Part shown: one piece after another, positions 1-11,687 of the stretch
Layout: each line of letters begins with the position of its first letter
Position numbering within the stretch: the stretch's first letter is position 1
Assembly: GCA_002189035.1 (NCBI GenBank)
Contig: NEEC01000013.1
Span: forward strand, 2,666,001 to 2,730,000
Source of the DNA: Utricularia gibba
Lineage: Eukaryota > Plantae > Magnoliophyta
Length of the DNA stretch: 64,000 nucleotides
Reading direction: 5' to 3'
The notes under the pieces: generated by a model
Database searches by the model: none
What the model was told of the DNA's origin: nothing
What the model saw: the letters and a program-made list of their open reading frames with translations, nothing else
Translations under genes and position numbers: made by a program

Positions 1-135
1 TTCTCCAGATATAAATTCATACATTCAACCACACACAAAGACACATAGCGGCGGCTGCTCCAGTCACAGACTTTGGTTATGCGGATGTGAGCATCGACCG
101 GCTCAGGGGTGTTTTGATTCTTGGGGCAATCATCA

Positions 136-2591
136 TCAAGCAACGAACACTATAATTAATATAAGTAGCACCACAGCAAATATCACCAGTATCAAGCAAG
201 TCTGCAAGTCAGAGAAGTGGAATGGTTAGAGGTTCAGGCAAACGCACTGACACTGGTTATATGACAGGCGGAATGAAGGAGATCAAGCTGAGACTATTCA
301 CAAAAAAAAGACCAAGAAATTTGGAAACGAATGCATGGCCATCATATATGCTACTCAATCACTTAGGAAAAATTAAACACCTTATGTGTGTGGGTGCAGT
401 TTGGCAGTGGGTGAAAAATCAATAGATCTACAAGCTAAGAAAAAAAACGCAGAGTCCAAATGCAAAATGAAAATAACACTACGGCATTGAAAACTGGGGA
501 CAACAAAAAGAGATATGAGACATCAAGGAAACACGTGCATCTTGCATGCAAATTTAATTAAAAAAAATTCATGAGCAGCAGCTAAGCATCCGTGTTCAAC
601 AAAAAAGCATGGCTCATAAAGGATGTTCAAAATATGCGTAGACCAGAAAATCACCAGAGATGAATTTGATTTCTGGGTCTTTGCAGCTTTGACAAGTTGA
701 GATTTTGCTTGAGCAGTTGATGCATGCGCACCCTCAATGTTGGTTCCAATGTCATCTAGATCAAAAGGCAGATGCCCATATTAGTTGCGATACACAGGAT
801 GTCAGAAATCCTGCCCAATACACTCACCAATCATAGTTCCTTGTTCATGAACCAGTACTGCAAGATCTTTGAAAATCTCATTTACTTCTCCGATTTGCTG
901 CTGTATATCTTGGATCCCCTGTTCCCTTTCCTCAATTATGGCTTCATTGAAAGAAATTTCATTGTCCAAAAGCAGTACTTCTTGCCTACAAAAAGAACCT
1001 TACAGTAAGCGCAGAGCATTGCATCAAGTATAATAAAGTCGAAAAGCATGTAAGTGTAATTGAACAGCTTGAAATTGGAAGTGAAGGTCTGCTGTTCCAA
1101 TTGAAAAATGTATCCACGGCTTGGTTTCATTTTCATGACAAATTTCAAGCAATTAAAACTCAGAATTAACACTGTCTAATATGAAATTTAGACATGGACT
1201 GTTTTTTTGTAGAAAGGACAGCTATGAATTTGGAGAAATTGAAAAATCTTCTGAGATCATGATGAAGGAAAATAATTATGTATTATATCAAGTCACTACA
1301 GGCGTGTCTGCCAGCGGGTTCCACATACTTGCTGAAATCTAAGGAATTCCATCATCAATGCGGTCACTGAATATACCTTCTAGATTCCACAAGAAGAGCA
1401 CGATGTTCTGGACTCCTATCTCCATTTGCATCAGCATCACCGGCTGAGTAGCTACATGGCACATTAAATTAGTAAAAAAAAATATTGCAGCTAGTGAGAG
1501 CAGTAATCAAGGTATTCAAGAGGTCATAAGAATAATTCCAATGAAATAATCATCGATAACTTGGGGCATAAGAATATCATACCTAGATGGAAGAACGGAT
1601 TGGTAAACAAAAGGAGTATAAGCTGTCTCCCTCTCAGCAGAAAGTCGTTGAGCCTTCTGAAACTCCTTTAGTACAGCTTGAAAGTCTTTGGCAAGTTTAG
1701 CATCAGTTATTTTCTTGCTTTGCTGAAATAAAAGGAAGAATCATTCAATGATGAAAACAATTCCCAGAAATGCCTTATACTCTGAGCCCTTCTAAACTTT
1801 TAGCCGCTACTTTATGTTGAGATTTTCATTAGATTCATATTCAGATTCTACTCCAGCTTTCAAACTGAGTAAAGAACTGAATGAGCCATCAAACAGGACA
1901 CAGGCTGTACGCGGAGGATTCCATATTATACACTGTAACCAAGTACGAAAAGCATATTGAACTGGGAAACATACACTGACTTCACCCAGATGATCTGCTT
2001 CACTAGCTTGCTTTAGTTTAGCTGAAGTATCTTTAACCAACTGGCCGATATGTAGACGAGTTTTATGCCTGCAATTCATAATGCATAGCATACCATAAAA
2101 TCACAAGCGTCCACAAAGTTGTTCCAATGTTTAGCTAAAACTACCTCTGAAATCAGAGCAGAAAATGCAGAAAGCACTAAGAAGAAACTCGTTGTTTTTT
2201 TAAGCCAAACAGGAACTCGCAATGTATAACTAATGAAACAATGCAGCATTAGGAAAAACGGGACTTCTTCTACTTTACTTATATTTTCAAGAACCTCTTC
2301 TTCAATTTGAGATATCGAAATAGGTATTAATGACAATCCCAAATCCAAAAAACCTAGCCCAAGTATGAAATAAGCTGCACCAATAACAAGAGTACAGGAT
2401 AATACTGACAGCTTTTCCCGGAGCTCAGGAGTGTCCTTCGGTGTACCAAGGGTGTTAACAAGCCACTGGAATGTAGAAACAGCCGTGTTAATTTGGAATA
2501 CTCCGGAGGCGACGGCCTGCGTAGGATCCTGGCGCCCATTAATCTTTCTCGCAATACCCCCACGGCCAGCTTCCAGATCTTGGAAACTCAT
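136..2591 (-). CDS. SYP22: Qa-SNARE syntaxin, SYP2 group (SYP22/VAM3-like), multi-exon
   Basis: Exon 1 [12 protein letters not shown]...[35 protein letters not shown]; later exons [73 protein letters not shown] and [11 protein letters not shown]; last exon is the TM anchor [21 protein letters not shown] (TGA at 138-136). GT-AG introns. Confidence 0.93.
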
Positions 2592-2895
2592 CTCTCTACA
2601 CAAAGCAAACGATTTCCCTAAGATTACGGCCAAAAGAACAGCCTACAAACCCGTAAGATATGAATATTTTGAATTTAAACTTGCGAACCCTTTCAAAATG
2701 GGTTTGGGGATTCGGACAAGAGGTCCAAATTTCCCGGACTCGCGGCGGCTACGAAATCCCTAAAGAGGATACTGAAACGAGATCAAGGATGAAAAAAGAG
2801 AATTTGTGCGATCCCTCTTCCCCTCCGAGGCTCGGGAAGACAAAAAGATCGCACAAAATGATCAGTTTCGTTGGTCTGCAATGGTGTCCGTAAGA

Positions 2896-2933
2896 CACGT
2901 GGGTTTGTTTGCCACATTTTAAAAAAACACGTG
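2896..2933. promoter_or_regulatory. Two G-boxes (CACGTG at 2896-2901 and 2928-2933) in the short shared upstream region of SYP22 and the RRM gene
   Basis: Exact CACGTG hexamers between two divergently transcribed genes; function inferred. Confidence 0.4.
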
Positions 2934-3641
2934 AAAATTTTACCCCAGTCAAGGAAACGGAAGAAGGCGCCTTGCTTCGCAAATATTCTCTTTTTACCCG
3001 TCAACGCGCCTCGCGATCCACTTGCTTTTGAACCGTTTTCAGTGATTTTTTCTTCTTCGTCGAATTTGCCTTCCTCCTTTTCTGGAACCCATTTGCGATG
3101 CCGGTGAGCTTAATACAAAGTTTTCAGCTTTGTCATTTGAGGGATTGCTTGCTCTTATTCGTCGCGGCGATTTGTACTTTCTTCTGTTTCTTTAAAATTT
3201 GATGTGTCTTTACCTTTTTATGATCTTCTGGTTGTGATTCGGTTGCTCCTTGTGTTGGATGTCTCATTTTGATGGCAATCATGTTTCTTATAGTTCAAAT
3301 ACTGTTTCTTGACTCGTTGCCGGAACGTTTTCTGCTCCTTTTATAGTTCAATACTGTTTCTTGATGTTTCCACCGACACAAGTTTCAGAACTCTGTTTGA
3401 ATTTCCAGAAGCTTAGTTTCGATATATAGGGATCGGTTTGTCCCAGAAACCTTCTAATAAGTGGATACCTAGAAGCATGCCAGAACTTTCTTTCTGATAC
3501 GTCAATCTGCGTTGAAACAGTTCGTTGTTTGATTTTCTTACGAAAATTAGTGTAAGATTAGGAGTTGGGTTCTCCGCTTTCTGGTAAACTGTTGTTCATA
3601 AGCCACTGCTGAGAGTAACTGGTTGCATAGGAGTAATTTTG

Positions 3642-4815
3642 ATGGATGCAAAAGTTTGGTAGTTTGCTCATGATTTCAAATGAATGTGATTAGCCGTCCG
3701 TTGGCTTCCCAAACCTTTGAGTTCATTGTTTATAAGCCCGTGTTCTCTTTTCATCAGATAAAAACTGTGAAGGTCACCAATCTCTCGCTCATGGCAAATG
3801 AGCGTGATGTCAAGGAATTCTTCTCTTTTTCTGGCGATGTTGAATATGTTGAAATGAAAAGGTGGCAGCTCTATTGGACTACTGTCTATTCTCTATGTAT
3901 CCATTCTTTTGTTGATTTGTAAATCTGGTTATGTAGTGATACCGAACGATCTCAAATCGCTTATGTCACATTCAAGGATACACAGGGAGCGGAGACAGCA
4001 GTTCTTCTTTCTGTAAACATTTCTTCTTTCCAGACAACCATTTGAATATTTCTGAAGTAATGATAATCCATGCCATGTTTTGCTTCTCATGCGGTTCTGC
4101 ATGCAGGGTGCTACGATTGTGGATATGGCAGTGGACATTCAGATGGATCCAAGTTACAAGCCTCCTGCTGCCTCTACCCCCTTTCTGGTAATGCTCTCAA
4201 AACCTCCCTGCATCTGATCTCCCTTGATTCTGACATTCTTGGTGCTGCCCCAACTGCTAGCCATCGGAAAAGAAAGAAGTGGACGGTGGAGCTGCATCTG
4301 CATTTCGAAAGGCCGAGGATGTTGTAACCGGGATGCTAGCCAAGGGCTTTATTTTAGGCAAAGATGCAGTCAACAAGGCTAAGTCTTTCGACGACAAGCA
4401 CCAGTTGACTTCAACAGCCACTGTCAAAGTCGCATCCCTGGATAAGAAAATCGGACTATCGGAGAAGATAACTCTAGGCACCACCATCGTGAACGAGAAA
4501 GTACGGGAGGTGGATGCCAAGCTCCAAGTCTCAGAGAAGGCGAAATCAGCCCTCGCTGCTGCCGAGCAAACAATGAGTACTGCTGGCTCCGCCATCATGA
4601 AGAACAGATACATTCTTACTGGTGCAACGTGGGTGTCCGGCGCCTTTAGCAAAGTCACCAAGGCTGCCGGAGAAGTCAGTCAGAAGACGAGGGAGAAAGT
4701 GGTGACGGCGGAGGAGGAGCAGAGACGAAGCGTGGTGGATGACTTCGCTAAAGTGCATCTCGAGGAGTCCCCGACGGCGGCTCCCTCCGGTGATCGGCAT
4801 CCGTTCAGACATTGA
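3642..4815 (+). CDS. RRM protein, BPA1 (binding partner of ACD11)-like
   Basis: Micro-exon MDAK, then IKTVKVTNLSLMANERDVKEFFSFSGDVEYVEMK, AYVTFKDTQGAETAVLLSGATIVD and AEDVVTGMLAKGFILGKDAVNKAKSFDDKHQLTSTA. The start codon and exact C-terminus are inferred. Confidence 0.88.
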
Positions 4816-5243
4816 ATTTGGTGACGCACCGCCACCGGATAATGCCATAGCCTCCATCGGGCCGCATGCATGCAGCTCCTGGTCCACGAATGGTGTGTGT
4901 TGGCTTCAGGTTACGGATTAGGGAATGACATTCTTCTGCGTTTGTATGTATATTCTTATTTTTGTAAAATGGGATTGTTCTTCGCCTGAAAAAATGATTT
5001 TTTTTTTTTGCTTTTAAACTAATTTACTTATTTTTAGACATTTTTGCAATTTTCATTAAAATAAGTTATTATTGGTTTTTTTCCATTTAAGGTTGTGGAA
5101 ATAATAAGGAATTATATGCAGTGATTGCCAAGATTTATTGACCTCGAATTATCCGTCGCGGGGTATATACCGAGCAAGTACCATACAAAAGTAATTAAAG
5201 CGAGAGTCAATACAAATAAAAGCAAGAACAATTTTGACTGCCT

Positions 5244-5813
5244 TTAGGAGCCGGCGGCCTTGCGGTGGAGCCGCCGGAGGTTCTCTTCCAGAACGAACTC
5301 GTTAATTCGCTGCACCGCCCCGATATCCTCATTTTCAGTTTCCATTCCCGCCGCTGAGGTGTTCTTCTCGAAATCTACGCCCAAAGTTGGAAAGGTAAGA
5401 AATTCAAAAACTATTGGCTTCGTGGTTCAGAATTAGAACAATGAAATGGCGCACCGGAGGGTAGATTCGGCGCCTTGAGACCACCGAAATGGGCCAAATC
5501 TGAAACGAATCCAACAACAATCATCAAAAAAGCCACAGAATTCTCCAAATCATGTAACCCCAAGCGGCGTACCGTTTTCCGATGGGCGGTGGGAGAAGAA
5601 GAAAAGGATGAGAAGGCAGACAAGTATGACAAGCGGAACAAAGTGGATGTAAAACTCCCCCGCCGCGGCTCGGCCTTTGTGTTTCTTCAACTCTTCCCGG
5701 TCTCCATCTTCTCCACCCTCTACGTCGTATGCCAGCCGCGCCACCGCCGAGAACTGCTTGTGGGGCTCGGGAGTGGGCTTCGACACCGGCGAGGCGAGCG
5801 ACTGCCGATGCAT
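5244..5813 (-). CDS. Small conserved plant single-pass membrane protein of unknown function (MQRQSLGSP-type), 3 exons
   Basis: MHRQSLASPVSK...EFYIHFVPLVILVCLLILFFFSHRPSEN, spliced to DLAHFGGLKAPNLPS and DFEKNTSAAG...LRRLHRKAAGS*; phases are consistent across two GT-AG introns. Confidence 0.72.
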
Positions 5814-6677
5814 CCTCTTCTTCCGCTGGTCGCAGGCAGGCAGGTTCAGCCCTCACAGCTGCGATGAATGCAGGGAAACATCAATCCTTCAATCTTCGGA
5901 ATCCCTATGCTCACCACTGCCTACTGTCCTGCCATTTTGGAACTTGATTTAAAATTTATAAGTTAATATATCAATTTTTAAAAATATTTCAAAATGGATA
6001 TTAATTGAAAAATACAATTTTATCGCTTACAGAACCGGCATTTTATTGGGCACGACCGACTCCGGCTCTGTATGCCCAGCCGGGGGTGAACCGGGCGAGA
6101 TAACTTGCATTTTCTTACTGCTGTAATTTTTGGCAGCTTCCAAAAAAATTAATGTTTCTTTTCTCTAAAGTTTACTTTACACAACTGGGAGATGGGACCA
6201 CTGTTTTGTTCGTACTCTACGCTTTTTTAGAATTACTTTAATTTTCATTTATACACAAAATTTGACTCCCAAAATACTCTGATGTAATTATTTCTTACAT
6301 TATTAATGGGTTAAAATAATCATTAGTGAACTAACTTCTCTAAGAGGCCGCCTCTATGGCGCTTTCAGTTATAGAAAAATGGTGGGCCTTGTCCTAGTAA
6401 CCCGCCATAATGGGATGGTGAATTTCGTAATTTTTAATAGTTTTGACTTGTTCATGAAATTTGTTATATTTGCATTAAGGTCCCTTGGGCCTCCGCATTC
6501 CCATTTTGTGGAGTCATCTAGTAAAAATGAAAGTATTGGGGAGTATTTTGAAATGTTTGAAAAGCCCATTAACAGAAAGCCCAAAGAGGGATTTGATAAA
6601 TCTGGCCCAATTATGGTTGCTAAGTCAGGTCGTGAGTCGTTGTGATACGAAACACGAGGAAGGAACCCAAGAAGGGA

Positions 6678-7897
6678 ATGGCGGATCTCGCCGATGCGCA
6701 GCGTTCGCCGGGGGACGGGGGAGGAACCGTTAACATCGCTCAAACGGAAGAATCTGTGCAGGAAGGTGGACATGAGGAAGATGAATTTTATCAGCCGACG
6801 AGCCCTTTGGTTTTCGATTTTGATTCGTTTTCCCCTGCAAACGACTCCTCGAATCCTCCACTTCTCGATGATTATACGTCGTCTTTTGATTTCGGATTCG
6901 CCGAGGATCATGAGTGCGACTTTGAGGATTCTAATCGCTTCTTTTTTGGGGCATTAGAGGACGCCGAACACATGAATTTCGTTACAGATCTGTTCGAGCC
7001 ACTTCGGGTTCCCGCCGTGGAAGATCCGATTTGGGAACTCGACTCCAATCCGGTGGCTGCGTCGCCTATGGTAATCGGATATGCGCTGGGGGACTTCGAG
7101 TGGTGGGCGTCGATTCGGATTCTGATTCTGATGCATTTGAGGTAAATTCAGGGTTCATTAATCATGATGAAGATGATATGTATGATAGCGTAGAAACTCG
7201 AATCGGTATCCATCGTGCCGCTGATGTTGAGGGAGATGGATTTGAATGGGAGGAGGTGGGTGACAGGATCCAATTCGAGGATAGGGAGAATCTGAATTCG
7301 GTGATCAATCGAATTGATGAAATTTCAGTTTCTTCAGATATATCCTCTTCTGAAGATGCTGCGGACATAGGCCACGAAGAGGAGGGGGATGATGAAGGGA
7401 GCGCAGGATGGGAAGTTCTGCTGGCGATGAATAATTTAGAAAGAAATTTCGAACTCGATATTATAGAAGAAAACAACGATCTTGAGAATGAAGTTCTGCA
7501 AGTTGATGCTCCGGAAGATTACATTGTGGCCACGGAATTCAACGCTCTGTTTAGGCTGTTAGCCGATAATGAAACCACTCTGAAAGGCAGTCCCCCAGCG
7601 TCGAAGGCAGTTGTGGAGAATCTGCAACAGATGGTGTTGTCAAGCAACGATGTTCAAGAAAAGAAAGTAATCAGCTGTGCTGTTTGCAAAGATGACTTCA
7701 CGGTTGGGGAGAGGGTGACAACAATGCCGTGCCATCATATGTATCACGGTGGCTGCATTTTGCCATGGCTTGGCATTCGGAACACCTGCCCTGTTTGCCG
7801 TTATGAACTTCCAACCGATGATGCAAACTATGAGCGGAGGAAGGGTGAGAGGGGTGGTCATGGAGCTGGAATAATCATGGATGATGAGTTGGACTGA
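6678..7897 (+). CDS. Intronless C3H2C3 RING-H2 E3 ubiquitin ligase (acidic, CIP8/SGIP1-like); apparent frameshift at G5 7088-7092
   Basis: C-terminal LKGSPPASKAVVENL...CAVCKDDF...MPCHHMYHGGCILPWLGIRNTCPVCRYELPTDD. The N-terminal ORF (MADLA...NFVTDLF) is in a different frame and joins if one G is added to the G5 run. Confidence 0.88.
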
Positions 7898-8315
7898 GGG
7901 GTACAATCTTGAAGTTCTGCCATTATAGAGGCAATTTGGGTACATAGAGCAAGGTTTTGGCGATGATAGGTCATCAAAGGGAACCTTTTTTTTTTTCTAC
8001 AATATGAGATCATCTTTAGATAATAGAGGCTCTCATACTTGTAGATTGCAGTTGAAACCTGTGAAGCCATGTGCAAATTGTCTTTATAACTGCTGGACAT
8101 GTTACATAAGTAGTGTTTGTGTTTGGTCATGCATTTGATTGTATTGCTGTTTGAAGAAATGAATGACTTTTTACTGGTCAAAAGAAAGAAACATTCAAGG
8201 AATAATACCGACAATGGCAGCAATTATGCCGTTCTCTTGTTTTTCTCTGAACAGAATCTGAAAACCTTTGGCTACAACAATGTGATGGGATTCATGGAAA
8301 ATGCAGCATCATAAG

Positions 8316-10458
8316 CTAAATGTATCGTTTCTGTTGCTGCTGCTGTTGTGGTTTAGCCTCAGCAGTCCAGTAGGTTTTTGTGGCTACAAGAATTTTCTCA
8401 GGATTGAACGGACCAGTTTCATGATCAACTATTCTGCTCTCCCATCTCATTCCATCTGTTATGCTTTTGACTTTCACCAACACTTCTACCATGTCCCGGA
8501 ATATGACTGCACCCTCCGGCCGGAGGATTCGATCCATCTCGAGCAGAATGAACATGATGTCGCACCTGCAGCAAGAACATGGTTAGGCAGGCTGCCACAA
8601 TCAAGAGGCAAGTGCTTGCTTTGAGGTTACCTGTCTTGATACATTGTGAATACACCATCCGCATGGATGAGATCATATGTTCTTGGATAGGTGGAAAATG
8701 CTTCACACCAGTCCTGGTATGTGCCAATGAAGCCACGTTCGTATATCACACCCAACGTCTGTGGTTCTGAATGAGAAGGCACAGCATTCATAACCCAGAC
8801 GGGGAACTTTGTCATGGCTGCTGCAAAACCTCCAAGTTTGGCATTCATGTCCATCACATTCCTGTACTGTCCTCGAGGTAACTGATTCAGTAGCTGAGCA
8901 TAGTATGCTGTTCGTTGCTTCCATAGTTCGTTATCCTTATGGAACATCTTGACTGTGATTCCTGAGACAGAGCCACTGCTGATTCGAGGTGGAACTTCGA
9001 ATGCACGACTCGGCCATTTCTTTAGCTCTCCACCGGATACCTCACTTTCAGTGCTCACCTCCGGCATGGGAGTTATGCAAGCTTCCATTTCTGTGTACCA
9101 ACCTGCATCAGCATCGCTTGATTTACAGAATGGTGGATCAGGTAAGATTTCTTTTATCCTCCGGCACTCAATGTGGTTTACAGGTTTCTGCCAAATTGCA
9201 AGGTCTCCCTGTTCAACAACCTTTGTCCAACAGAGCTTTTTGGCTGTATCTTCAATTGCATCTTGCTCTTGTTTCAGATCTTCTTGAGTTCTCTCCCAGC
9301 CTTTCCAGTATTTCTTCCACCGAATCGGAGGTCCCGAGAGTATCCAGTAGCCGCCAGGCCGAAGAACACGATCAACTTCAGTCAGGTAAAGTCCACCTGC
9401 AGAAGAAACAACAATGGAAATTGCTCAACTTCAGTTTCTGCTCTGGCGCAGAAGAATCCAGATCTGAGGCAGGATCATCATTCTTCCAACATACCGTATT
9501 CAAACCAAGGGATGAGACAACGAGAGCAGTGAGCCATATCGAAAGCCCTAGCTGGATAGGGGAGCCTCTGGGATGCTAGAACACCGATCATGGCAGGAAC
9601 ACCTCGTTCGAGTGCAAACCACACCTGAGCTTCGTGGGTATCTCTTGGAGCAAAAGACATGGCGATGATATCCCTTTTCAGCAAGTAAGCACCCCAGCTA
9701 GCTACCTGAAAAACCAGCACATGAATGTTATCAGAAAGCTCATATGAAGGTTGGAACATCCGCAGTGGAACCAGCGGTAATCCTTACACCACAGCCTGTG
9801 TCTATAGCAGTTCGAATGGCTCCATCCGTGAGGGGAATCAGAGCATTGATGTCGTCTATATACGCATCAGCTCCACGAGGAAACATTGTTCCTCCACCAG
9901 GAAACTTGAACCGCTCTCCATGAACCTGGATCCAATTCTGAACAGCCTTCTCAATGCTCAGCTCCTTGTGGGGAATGTTGGCATACCAAGCATAATCCCT
10001 GCTCTGCGGCCACTTGAAAGGCTGCTTGTAGTGGGGAGGAGCAGGAATGAGGCACTGAAGGAGCTCAGTCTTATTGGGGCAATGCCTTTCTCTGTACTTC
10101 AGCCGATCACGAGAGAACTGCCGGCCTCGATCTCGATCCTGGCATGGTGTGTATTCGCTATACTTGATATCACAAGCCGGAAAATTCCTGGTTTCCTCAG
10201 AGCTATTCACTACAAGTTGATGATGGCTCTCAAAGTCCAGTGGCTCGGACACCATCGGGAACGATGGGAGACTCGATCCGGAGCTCTCATCGCAGCCGAG
10301 TTTGGATGGTGCATTGGATGGAACAGTGCTTCCACCCTGCCAAGCCCGAAGACATAGAACAAGATACACAAACCACTCACACCCAGAATGGAAGTGAGGC
10401 GTTTCCTCTTGGAATCTGGATGGTGAAGCTTCGGGGATCCGCTGTACTCCTTCGCCAT
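8316..10458 (-). CDS. Probable pectin methyltransferase, PMT17/PMT18-like; apparent frameshift at 10345-10347
   Basis: [10 protein letters not shown]...[21 protein letters not shown], then [26 protein letters not shown]|[27 protein letters not shown] and [12 protein letters not shown]...[12 protein letters not shown]. Confidence 0.93.
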
Positions 10459-11687
10459 GGCCAAGCTGCAAAACAAGACCTCAGTCTTATGTCATTATCA
10501 GCAACTAGAGTAGCATATGTATCAGATCTATCAGCTTACCTTGTTCTTCTCCTTTTTTTTCTTCCCACAGATCCTAGAAAATTATCACATTCGATCTGTG
10601 TTCCTGATTCAGTGTAAACAACCAAGCATTCTGCACATTTTACAGTCTTCAGCACATCAAAGAAGGAAGCCAAATGCAGCAAGCAGTAAATAAAACTCAA
10701 ACAACACAAAACAGGCCCTTGAGAGTCGCTTAGCCCCGACGTAAAGTCAGACAACAGATAAAGGGGAAAACTCAGAATCCACAAAGAGAGACTCTTTCTC
10801 AAAAAGCAAAGACACCCATTTACGAAAAACGCATCCAGAAGCAACAACAACGCAGGCGTTACCAGCAGTGCGATTGGGAAAGTGAAGTAACGGGAGGAGA
10901 ATGGAGGAGGAGTTTGCTGAAGCTGAAGGTGGAAGAAGATATTCACATCCAGCTTCCGACAAACATGGCCTGAATTGTCTCTTGACAAAACACTTGGAAT
11001 TTCCGTTGCGCGTTTAAAATAGAAAATACCGTTAATCGAGTGTCTGAATGCTTGTTGGTCGGTGTCCATTTCAGGGGAATTATTACACACAACGCACGAC
11101 GCAGGCTTTTTATTTATTCCTCCCCAGAACAATCTAAATTTGCCATTTTCAGAAAATTAATAAGAATTAGAAAATTGGGAGAAAAAAAAAACATATGACG
11201 CGCATTATAATGAAATTATGAATCGGAATATTTAAAAAAATTTTGAAAAAAATTGTTAAATTGCAACTTTCAAAATGTGGTCCCCACACGTCAGAATAAA
11301 TTCAAAAAGTGGTCCGCAAATTTCAATTCGTTACCCCACGACTTTAACTAAATCACGTTGAGGGCATGCGTGAAGGATGACATGTGATATTTTGGTTAAC
11401 TATGGGGACTAAATTGTAAATGTTGTACGGCAGTTGGATGCTTGCAGCACAAATCACAGAAGAAAAAACACAGAATTCATTGTTTCAGACAGACCGAGTG
11501 CACTACTAGTAGAAAGTGGAAGAAGAAGAAGACGTAAAAAGAGAAGTCAATACCCGAACCACGATCCAGGCTACCTGTTAACGCTGTGAATAGTCAGTAG
11601 CACTGCAAAATTCACAGCCTTAACAGCTACCCAGGATCACCATCTGGTGCGCTCTTGACTTCTGCATCCCCAGAAACACGCGCCCCA

